A stretch of 64,000 nucleotides of DNA from an uncultured Planctomycetota bacterium. Lineage in GTDB: Bacteria > Planctomycetota > Planctomycetia > Isosphaerales > Isosphaeraceae. A program made the translations under genes and the position numbers. The notes under the pieces were generated by a model. The model was not told the DNA's origin, did not search any database, and was given only the letters and a program-made list of their open reading frames with translations. The DNA is taken from positions 704,001-768,000 of the forward strand of contig CAWGMQ010000011.1 of assembly GCA_963823665.1 (NCBI GenBank), given 5' to 3'. Positions 42,504 to 52,200 of this stretch are shown one piece after another (position 1 is the first letter of the stretch; each line of letters starts with the position of its first letter).

Positions 42504-44222
42504 TCAGGGCTTTGGTCCTTTGGCACGCTCGAGCAGGGCCTCGACGTCCGTCCACAGCGCCTGCCATTCCTTCCGCTCGGCCTCGGGCAGCTTGGCCAGG
42601 GCAACGGCATCGCGGATGCCAGCGAGGTCGGGGTCGGCCAGCCAGAACCGCAGCCAGCCTTGCACGTCCGCAGACGCAGTGGGCGAGCGGGCCGCCAGGT
42701 GCCTGACCTTGAATGCCAGGTGTTCTCGGAGCCAGCCCAGGGCGAGTCCGCGGCAACGAGCGCGCTCAGCCTCCTCGTTGGGGTGCGTCGTTCCCTCGGC
42801 CACAGCCAGCCAAGGCGGCGGCGCGGGCGGCGTCGTAGCGCCTGCCCGGTTGGACGCCGTCGGCGAGATCCGGATCTGCCGCGTAGGCGTCGACGTAAAG
42901 GCGAACGGCGGCGGCGAAGTACTTGCGATCGAAGCACATCGCAGCCAGTGCCAGCCGCTCGGCGTTATCTTTCGGAGGGTCTTCCCCCTTCAGGACGACG
43001 GTGAGACGCTCCGCCAGCGCCGCCGGCCGTTCGGCGTCGGCCACCCATCGTGCCGAGGCGTGGGGCCAGCCGGGCCCTTTGGTGCCTAGCTCGTGCCCGC
43101 GTCGGATCAGGGCGAGCGATCCGGCGAAGTCGCCTTGAACCCGGAGGATTCCGCCAAGATTGAGGTGGGCCAAGGCGTCGTCGGGCTTCTTCCGGATCGC
43201 CTCGCGGTACGTCGCGGCTTCGAGCGCCTCGCCAGCCTCTTTGGACAATCCTTTGGCCTTGAGCAACCTGCCCAGGCAGCCGAGTATCGTGGCGTAGCTC
43301 GTTGAGCTCGCGGTGGATCGCGATGGACTCGTCAAGTTCGCGCCGCTTCTCAAGCGCGTCGGCCAGCTCGTGAGCGGTTTCGGTCGGCGACGCGGGCGGC
43401 TGCGACCAATGCCGCCGGCCCGTATCCGCCGTCACTGGACCGGTCTTTTCGCATGCGAATCGCCGCCCAGTCGTCCAGCGCCCCGGCCAGCGCCAGTGCC
43501 ACCGCCGGCGAGCGAGCCTTGATATTGGCCCCCACCTCGGCGGGTTTCATATCGCGATGGATCACACCTCGAGTGTGGGCATAGGCCATCGTCTGGGCCA
43601 CGGCCGCGAAGATCGAAAGGAATCGGGGCAGATCCTCGGCCGGTCCCGAACGGGTTGCGAGGAGATTGGCCAGCGTCTGCCCTTTCACCAGCTTCATGCT
43701 GAAAAACGGCCGCTTGTCGGCGAACGTCCCGAGCTCATAGATCGGCACCACGCCGGGGTGCTGCAACTGGCCGCCGATCTGGGCTTCCTCGACAAACCGG
43801 CGGACGAGGTCGCCGTCTTCGCGGAGGTCTTCGCGCAGCACCTTGATCGCGACGTCGCGGCCCAGGTCGGGATCGCGTCCCTTCAGAACGGAGCCCATGC
43901 CGCCGCGCGCGATCTCGCCGTCAATCCGATAGCGAGTCGACGTCTCTTGCCCGTTCAAGGGCCGGATGATCGGCGAAGGCGTCTCACCGATGGCCGTATC
44001 CCGCAGCAGCACGCGCGGCACGTTGCCGAAGGTGGTGTCGAGCATCTCGAGGACGCTCGGGGCGGGAGAAGCATGGAAGGTTGTTTCCGGGCTGTCTTCG
44101 GGAAGATCGCTCCCCGAGTCGCTGCCCATCCCGGCCAGCAACATGCAGCGCGGGCAGAGGCTCTCCGGCGAACGGTAGGGCACTGGTGATCCGCACTTCT
44201 GACAAGTTCGAGGGTCGGCCAT
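42504..44222 (-). pseudogene. decayed Ser/Thr kinase-TPR gene with internal deletion
   Basis: kinase stops at HRDMKPA (no DFG/DWG) and jumps to a later region (ALDDWA); TPR and DPDLAGIRD tail lie in other frames. Confidence 0.8.
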
Positions 44223-44266
44223 CGCGGGTTCTCCCGGTCCACTTTCGAGCTGCTCACAAGCTCTGA

Positions 44267-44383
44267 TACCGGAAAAGACTGAGGACCATACAGGGGACGG
44301 CGAAATTTGATGCGTCGACCATTCAGATCAAGGCCCGAGGGCCGCGAAAAGGGCATTCAGCTCGTCGTCGACTTCGGCGTCGT
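44267..44383 (-). pseudogene. 3' remnant of an ECF sigma gene plus downstream DNA (direct repeat of 45202-45318)
   Basis: DDAEVDDELNALFAALGP* vs DDVEVDDELKALFAALGP*; offset 935 bp. Confidence 0.8.
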
Positions 44384-44470
44384 GTAGAATCGCCACGAAA
44401 CCTCTGAAGTCGAGTACCAGCGTGCACGAATTCGACAAGTGCGGCAAGTACCAGATCCAGCACCACATAG

Positions 44471-44761
44471 GCGTTGTTCGAGATTCTGGGAGGGCGTAAG
44501 GCCATGATCGAATCGCCGCTGGTTCAAGAGCTCAAGAAAGAATGGACCGAGGACGCGAAGCGCGCCGGACGCCGGGAATGACGCCGGGAAGGGGAGATCA
44601 AAGCCCTCATGACGGTCTTGATACGGCGATTTGGTGCGAAAGCTGAATCGCTCGAGCCCGAAATCAGGGCGACCGGGGATGACGCGCGGTTGAACGATTT
44701 GATCGGGCATGCCGCCACATGCCGTAGCCTCGCGTCGTTTCGCAAGATGCTCACAGCGTAA
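44471..44761 (+). pseudogene. 3' fragment of an Rpn/DUF4351-like gene with internal stop
   Basis: ALFEILGGRKAMIESPLVQEL...RRE*RREGEIKALMTVLIRRFG...CRSLASFRKMLTA*; TGA at 44579. Confidence 0.55.
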
Positions 44762-45191
44762 AGCGCTTGTCGACTCGGCGGCGACCGTTTCCGTATGCAG
44801 GCTGATCAGCTCCATGCCTGTATGTCCCGTCCAGCATCAGCCGCGACTTCGTTTTGTAGCCCAAGTCTCTGAGTGCGGACTCAACCGCGACGAGTTGGTC
44901 GCCCTGGAGCTCGATCACGCCGTTCTTGACGGTTCCGCCGGTTCCGCAGATTCCCTTGAGCCGCGCCGAGAGTGCTGAAAGGTCGTTTCCGTCGGGGTCG
45001 AGGCCCCAGACCGTTGTGACATGCTTCCCCTTGGGCCGTTTTTCCAGTCTTAGACGCGCGGCCTGCGACTCGGGGGGTATGAGCTTCTTCTCCACCACCG
45101 GCGGCGCGCAGGTGCATTCGCGCTCGAGCATGCCGCAACGGTCGCATCTGGGCGGGCGGTCCCACTCTGTGCCGGCGAAGAGGCGTCCCAT
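44751..45191 (-). CDS. yciH: SUI1/YciH translation-initiation-factor family protein
   Basis: RLEKRPKGKHVTTV, LKGICGTGGTVK, IELQGDQ; the C-terminal ~30 aa may be read-through. Confidence 0.85.
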   Translation of the reverse strand: MGRLFAGTEWDRPPRCDRCGMLERECTCAPPVVEKKLIPPESQAARLRLEKRPKGKHVTTVWGLDPDGNDLSALSARLKGICGTGGTVKNGVIELQGDQLVAVESALRDLGYKTKSRLMLDGTYRHGADQPAYGNGRRRVDKRFTL

Positions 45192-45262
45192 GTGTCTTTA
45201 GTACCGGAAAAAAGCAACGTCCATATAGAGGACGGCGGATTTTGTTGCGTTGACCATTCGGA

Positions 45263-45994
45263 TCACGGTCCGAGCGCCGCGAAAAGCGCTTTCAGCTCGT
45301 CGTCGACTTCGACGTCGTCGTCAACAGTGGCGGCGATCGCAGCCCGGAGGGCCGCGCGATAGCGCTTCCGGAGCCGGTGAACCGCAACTTGCGCGGCGGC
45401 CTCGGTCGTGCCCAGGCGTGCCGCGAGGTCGGCCTGAGAAACCTGGCTCGATCCTGCTTCGAGTACGACTTTCAGAACATCGAAGATCGCGCCGCGACCT
45501 GAGGCCTCGTACTCGCGGCGGATCGTCACCACGACGCGATCGAGCAGCGCCAGCGCCCAGTCGCGCTCGAACTGCCGCTCGGGTGTGTGCTCATGCGCAG
45601 GCTCGAGCTGGTACTGCCCTTCAGCGTCGCTCGCGTTGATCGAGAGCAGTGCCCGGCCTCCCCCGCGGCGAGCCGCGGCATCGCGCTCGCGCTGGTGCGC
45701 CAGAAAGTGACGGCAGTCGGCCAGCAACAACGAGCGGAAGCGGCCGAGCACCGGGTTCGCCGCCGCCACAGTCCCGCGCTCGAGCAAGCGGGCGAAATAC
45801 CCCTGCGTCAGGTCGAGGGCCTGCTCGGGCCCGTTCCCCTTGCGACGAATGAACGCATAGATCGGATACCAGTAAGCTCGGCACAGTTCCTCGAGCGCGG
45901 CCTGCGCCTCGGGCGCAGCAGGGTTGACCGCGTGAGCTACCTGGCTCCAGCGCGTCGTTGGAAATCCAGCCGGCGAGACGGACTCATTCATCAT
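45263..45994 (-). CDS. ECF sigma factor (FPTTRWS type, usually kinase-linked)
   Basis: FPTTRWS, LCRAYWYPIYAFIRR, GRFRSLL, VAVHRLRKRY. Confidence 0.88.
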   Translation of the reverse strand: MMNESVSPAGFPTTRWSQVAHAVNPAAPEAQAALEELCRAYWYPIYAFIRRKGNGPEQALDLTQGYFARLLERGTVAAANPVLGRFRSLLLADCRHFLAHQRERDAAARRGGGRALLSINASDAEGQYQLEPAHEHTPERQFERDWALALLDRVVVTIRREYEASGRGAIFDVLKVVLEAGSSQVSQADLAARLGTTEAAAQVAVHRLRKRYRAALRAAIAATVDDDVEVDDELKALFAALGP

Positions 45995-46288
45995 CGGGAC
46001 CGTGAGGCGGATGAACAGGAGAAAGGGCCGGGGACATCCCTGGTGAGGAGTAACCCACTCTAACCACTTGCGTGCCAGGCGTCCAAAGGTCGCCAGATCG
46101 GACCATGCCTCGCACTCGCTCCAGGCCGGAGCGATTCGACTCGCCGCCACCGGCCGTGACCTCATGGAAAACGTCGGTCTCATGAATTATTCTTGACACG
46201 CAAAGTGCCACCGAGTCTGCTTCTCAATGCACGGATGGCACCCTTCGGCCGTCTTCGCAGGTCTCTTTCGAATAACATTGATCCATGA

Positions 46289-47653
46289 ATGAAATCCCAA
46301 CAGAAACTCACGCCCCGATCGCTGCCGCTCCCGTGTCCGATCGAGAACCGGCTCAAACTCATCGACGCACTCCGCGGCGTTGCCCTCCTGGGCATTCTGC
46401 TGATGAATATCCCGGGCTTTTCCATGCCCGATTACTCCACGGAATCGTTCAAGAGCGATCCGGCTAACGTCAACTTCTGGGTGTCGGCCGTGATCTCGGT
46501 CGTTTTTGAAGGCAAGATGCGGGCGCTCTTCGGCATGCTCTTCGGCGCAGGCGTTGTGCTGTTCGTTTCCAAAAAAGAACAGGCAGGGAGATCAGTAACC
46601 GGGCTCTTTTATCGGCGAATGTTCTGGCTTGTCCTGTTCGGCTTCATCCATGCTCACTTGATCCTGTGGATCGGCGACATCCTTTACCTCTACGGCTTCT
46701 GCGGCATGCTCGTGTATCTCTTCCGAAAGGTGAAGCCGATCTATTTGGTTCTGGGCGTTCCCTTGGTGGCGGTCGTCGATTTCACGGCGGGAACGCTGTT
46801 TTACCAGAACCTGAGGGACAAGCGCATCGCGTATGTGGAAGCCAGTGCCGTCGCCGCAGAACACAAACCACTCTCCGAGGCACAAAACAAGGCTCTCGCG
46901 CAATGGCGCGAGATCGAGAAAACGTTCATACCGAACCGCGAAGACGCCCGAGAGAACACGCGAAAAATGAAGTCGGACTACGCCACCGTTGCGAGTCACC
47001 TGCGGCCCCTGGCATGGAAGGTCGAGACCATTTTCTTGCCGATTGAGATCTGGGATTCGCTCGCATTGATGCTACTCGGCTTGGCTCTGTATCGATGGGG
47101 ATTTCTCTCGGGACAATGGTCGAATCGAGACTATGCAAGAGTCGCGGCGATCGGCTACGGCATAGGCTTGCCGTTGGCCGTTTACAGTTTCTATCACAGT
47201 TTTTTGTATAGCCCGAACCTGGAGACCAGCCTTCGTCGCATGGAACTCGAGCCCATCCAATGGGTCAGACTGATTTATCCCTTCCAACGGATATCTCTGG
47301 TCATGGCTCACGTCGCCGCGATCATTCTGCTGTACAAGGCGAAATATGGTCAGTTATTGTTCCGATGCCTCGAAGCCGTGGGGCAGATGGCGTTCACGAA
47401 TTACATCATGCATTCCGTTATCTGCACACTTTTCTTCTTCGGTTACGGCTTGAACTATTATGGCGAACTGGAGTTCTACCAGATCTACTTCGTTGTCTTG
47501 GCCGTCTGGATCGTGCAGTTGATCGTCAGCCCGCTCTGGCTGCGGTTTTTCCTCTTCGGCCCCCTCGAATGGGTTTGGCGGAGTCTGACGTACTGGAAAT
47601 GGCAGCCGTTCATCCGCCGAGGACAAGTGGCAGCAGCGGGTATCGTCGGGTAG
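46289..47653 (+). CDS. DUF418 (YeiB-like) membrane protein
   Basis: DALRGVALLGILLMNI, GDILYLYG, GQMAFTNY, GPLEWVWRSLTY. Confidence 0.9.
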   Translation: MKSQQKLTPRSLPLPCPIENRLKLIDALRGVALLGILLMNIPGFSMPDYSTESFKSDPANVNFWVSAVISVVFEGKMRALFGMLFGAGVVLFVSKKEQAGRSVTGLFYRRMFWLVLFGFIHAHLILWIGDILYLYGFCGMLVYLFRKVKPIYLVLGVPLVAVVDFTAGTLFYQNLRDKRIAYVEASAVAAEHKPLSEAQNKALAQWREIEKTFIPNREDARENTRKMKSDYATVASHLRPLAWKVETIFLPIEIWDSLALMLLGLALYRWGFLSGQWSNRDYARVAAIGYGIGLPLAVYSFYHSFLYSPNLETSLRRMELEPIQWVRLIYPFQRISLVMAHVAAIILLYKAKYGQLLFRCLEAVGQMAFTNYIMHSVICTLFFFGYGLNYYGELEFYQIYFVVLAVWIVQLIVSPLWLRFFLFGPLEWVWRSLTYWKWQPFIRRGQVAAAGIVG

Positions 47654-47667
47654 CTCTGCTTGACCCG

Positions 47668-48442
47668 TCACACCGGCGTCGGCGCGACCGCCTCGCTCCC
47701 CTCGACCACCGCTTCGGCGATCTCCGCCCCAGGCGCCCGCGGCAATCGCACCACAAACCGGCTGCCCCTGCCTGGCTCGCTCTCCACGCTGATCGTGCCG
47801 CCGTGTGAAAGGGCAATGCGCCGCGCCACGGCCAGGCCCAGCCCGACCCCCGCGCGGCCCAGCCGGCGCGCCGACTCGGCGCGATAGAATGGCTCGAACA
47901 CCCGCGCGAGGTCCTCGGCCGGGATCCCGCATCCGCGGTCCTCCACCTGGAGCACAACGGCGTCCGGCTCGCACCACGTGCGCACGATGATCGGCGTGCC
48001 CGGCCCGCTATACTTGCAGGCGTTCTCCAGCAGATTTTCCAGCAACTGGCCGAGCAGCGGCCGATGCGCCCGGATCCAGAGCCGTTCGCCGTCGTTTCCC
48101 CCGAAGCGAAGGTCGGCCGCCCGCTCGTGGCCCGACCAGGTCCGAAGGTGGTCTGAGGCCCACGCGCCCAGGTCGAGGCATTCCAGGTCCGGCAGCCCCG
48201 CGTCGGCATCGGCCCGCGCAGAAACAAGAGCGCCTCGACGACTCGCCAGAACCGCACCGCGTCGCCATGAAGTCCGTCCAGCACTCGCTCGTGCTCCTCC
48301 ACGGTGCGCCGCCGGCGCCGGGCGACCTCGATTGCGGCGATCAGCGCGGCCAGCGGCGTGCGGAGCTGGTGTGAGGCCTGGCCGGTGAACTGCCTCTGTC
48401 GCTCAAGTGCCACGTGCAAGCGGTCGAGTAACCCGTTGAAAC
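47668..48442 (-). pseudogene. 5'-truncated sensor histidine kinase (HisKA + HATPase); frameshift near 48220
   Basis: FNGLLDRL..ASHQLRTPL, NLLENACKY, DRGCGI, GVGLGLA; sensor and TM part absent. Confidence 0.8.
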
Positions 48443-48445
48443 TGC

Positions 48446-48655
48446 TTCATCGACGCCGAGAAGGAGGGTTACGACGCCTACCTCAAGGAGCTGCTCCCCT
48501 ACGTCCGCCCCGGCGGCCTGATCATCGCCCACAACATGAGAAGGCCTGCCCCCAATGAGCGCTACGTCGAGGCGATCACCACCAGCCCCGACCTCGACAC
48601 GTCCTTCGTCCTCATGGACGGCGCCGGGCTCGGGATCACGCTCAAGAAGCGCTGA
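48446..48655 (+). pseudogene. 3' half of an O-methyltransferase gene
   Basis: manual translation FIDAEKEGYDAYLKELLPYVRPGGLIIAHNM...GITLKKR*; no start codon. Confidence 0.75.
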
Positions 48656-49242
48656 GACAAAGCCGGAAAAGCTCGAGCAGACATGCCCCCGCCCTGGTCG
48701 CCGAACGGCTCGCTGTCGAGCCCAGCGCATCAGGGCGGGGCGCTCGGCGCCCTGCGGGAGAAAGAGTGACGGAGCCCTCAATGCAGAAGCTCCCTCCTCG
48801 GCGGCGATTGACTAAATAGTATTGCACGATCATGCGACTCAGGTGGGTGGAACTAGCTTCGCCGGAAGTCCGGTGTAGCAGGCACACTCCGTGTGCCGTC
48901 CGCCGAAGTTGCCGGTCGGTGGCACTGTCCAAGTCAGCGCTCCATGCTCGGGCGAATCGCCGTCCTGGAATCGGGGAAAGCCAATTAGGTCGGAGTCATC
49001 TTTCGAGTTCATCGATCGCCATCGACTTGAGGCGGTAACGCTTAACGTTTGGTACATTACTAACGAAACGGCAATTCGCAATCTTGTGAGTGCGAGGCTC
49101 CCGCCGAGCCGCGCTGGCGCTCGCCCCACCGTCCGACGCCGTGTCCCAGATCGCGAAACTTATTGACGTCGCTCGTCTCCTGGCAGACATGATTGGTCCC
49201 GATCCGACTCGACGCCACCAATGACTGGGAAGAACGCTGGCC

Positions 49243-52200
49243 ATGGCACTCTCCCCGCGCCCACTCAAACAGTACCACGTGTTCCTCGCCTCGCCCGGTG
49301 ATGTCCCGGCGGAACGGCAGCACGTGCGCAAGTTCTTCGACGAATACAACCGCCACACTGCCCACATCTGGAAGGCTCGGTTCGAGGTCATCGACTGGGA
49401 GAACTACGCGACGATCGGCGTCGGCCGTCCGCAGGAGCTGATCACCCAGCAGACCCTGGAAAAGTATCAAGACTCCCTGGCACTGGTCGTGGGCATCATG
49501 GGCCAGCGGTTCGGCTCGCCGAGCGGCAAGGCGGAGTCCGGCACAGAGGAAGAGTTCAACTGGGCGATGGAGAGCCACAAGAAAGACTCTGGCTTTCCGG
49601 AGATCAAGTGGTTCTTCCGCAAGGTGGATAAGCTCGAGCTCCCAGCCGATCCCGACGAGGCCGACGCGGCGCTCGACCAGTGGAAAAAGGTCCGCGCCTT
49701 CCGCAAGCGGATGCAGGATTTGAACGACCCGGTCTTCTACACGGAATACCCAGGCGCCGCCGGCTTCGCCGAGGTGTTCGAGCGCGATCTCAACCAATGG
49801 CTGGCGGATCCGGCACGTCCGTGGGCGGCGGAGCGTGCGGCCTCAGGTGTGCAGCGGACAGCGTGGCCGTCGCACTGCCCGCCGAGTTCGATGCGGAAGG
49901 CTACCAGGCCGCGCTGCTCAAGCGATTCGACAAGCTCAACTTCGAGATGCTCGACACGACCGGCGCGTTCTACAGCGGCGTCCGGCTGTGGAGCGTCTTC
50001 GTCCCGCAGTCGGTGCGGGAATGCCACCAGTACAACCCCCGCCTGCTGGAGATTCCCAAGGAACACCAGGAGCGGCTGCTGAAAGCCGGCGAGATCACCG
50101 CCGCGGAACTGGAGGAAGCCGAGCGGCAGGCCGATCGGCTGCGCCAGGAGTACTTCAGCCAGCCGCTCCGCCCCGTGCTGGACGTCGTCGACGAGGCCCT
50201 CCGGGCAACGTCGTCGCGGGCCGGGCAGAAGCTCGTGATCCTGGGCGACCCGGGTTCCGGCAAGTCGTCGCTGATCCGGTACCTGGCCCTGCGCTGGGCG
50301 CGTATCGCCGAATCGACGGTCCGCGACACTCAACCGATTCCGCTGGTGATCGACCTGCGCGAGTACGGCCGGTGGCAGTGCGAGGGGCGTAAGGGATTCG
50401 TCCGATTCCTGGAAGAAGGCCCGGTCTGGCACGAATGGCGCCGCGGCCTGCTGCCCCGGCTTCTCGCGCAACCCGGTCGCGTGGTGCTGCTGCTCGACGG
50501 GCTGGACGAGGTGTTCGACGTGCAGGCGCGCGAGGCAGTCATCAACGACGTCCAGCGCTTCAGCAGTGAATCCGCCCACACGTCGATCCTGCTGACGTCG
50601 CGCGTCGTGGGCTATCAGCCGCACCGGCTGCGCGACGAAGGGTTCCGTCACTTCATGTTGCAGGACCTGGCCACCGATCAAATCACCGCTTTTGTCGACC
50701 GCTGGCATGCAGAGACCTTCGCCAGCGAGGAGCAAGCGGCGCCGAAAGGCGAGCGGCTGAAAAAAGCCATCAAGGATTCGAAGGCGATCGCCATGCTGGC
50801 CGGCAACCCTCTGCTCCTCACGATGATGGCAATCCTGAACCGCAACCAGGAACTGCCGCGCGATCGGGCCGACCTGTACGCCCAGGCGTCCCGGGTGTTG
50901 CTGCATCAATGGGACACCGAACGGGCGCTGGTGGACTTCCCCGGGCTGCGAGCCGATGTGGGTTTACGCGAAAAGACCGATATCCTGCGCCGCGTGGCCT
51001 TCCACATGCAGTCGGGACCGAGTGGTCTGAAGGGAAACCTGATCGACGGCGCAACGCTTAGCCGCCTGATCGAGGACTATCTGCGTGAAGAGCTGCATTT
51101 CGACCCGGCCCGCGCCGCGGCGCGTGCGGTGGTCGACCACCTGAGGCTGCGCAACTTCATCCTTTGTTTCGTAGGCGCGGACAGCTACGCCTTCGTGCAT
51201 CGCACGTTTCTGGAGTACTTCTGCGCGGCCGAGTTCGTGCACCGGTTCAACGTCACGAAAACTCTGGACATGGACGGACTGATCCAGTTGTTCGACGACC
51301 ACTGCCGCCATGACGAATGGCGCGAGGTCCTGCGGCTGATCTGCGGCCAGATCGACGAATCGTTCGTCGGCAAGATAGTCGAGCACCTGGCCGCGCGGAG
51401 GGTTTCAGAGACCTGGGACGGCGAATCGCCGCGGCCGGAATTGCTGTTGGCGATCGGGTGCTTGAGCGAGGCGCGGAACATCGCACGGCTCGAGGACTTT
51501 GCGCGACTCTCGTCGACGCGCTACTGCGAATTTACATACCTGGGGACGGCGTAAAGGAGTTCCACGACCGGCTCCTCGCTTCGCAGCGGGAAATAGGTAC
51601 CCGATGGCCGGGAGCCGGGGCACTCTGGACGACGGTTCTCAAGCGCGAAAGAGAAATCAATGAAACATGGGCGGCGGTATTCCTGGTCAAGTTTCTGGCA
51701 TGCGTTCGCCCCGAGCGACAACTCGTGGAGCAGCTTCTGGCATCGAAGAATTATTGTCTGCGTTGGAGCGCAATTGAGGCGTTGGCCGAGCACTGGCCCG
51801 ACGAGGCGACCCGCGCCGTGCTGACTCGGCACGCCGTACAGGATGGCGAGTACCCTGTCCGTGGCGCCGCGCTTAAGACGTTGGCCGAGAATTGTCCCGA
51901 TGAGGCGACGCGTTCCCTACTGATGCAGCGTGCGGTGCAGGATGACAACGACGCTCCCCGCCAAACCGCGCTTGAGGCGTTGGCCGCGAAGTGGCCCGAC
52001 GAGACGACGCGTGCGTTGCTGTCGGAGCGGGCTGTGCAGGATGACAACGGCGGTCCCCGCCAAGCCGCGGTTCGGGCGTTGGCCGATAAGTGGCCCGACG
52101 AGACGACGCGTGCGTTGCTGTCGGAGCGTGCGGTGCAGGATGACAACGACGTTCCCCGCCAAGTCGCGCTTGAGGCGTTGGCCGATAAGTGGCCCGACGA

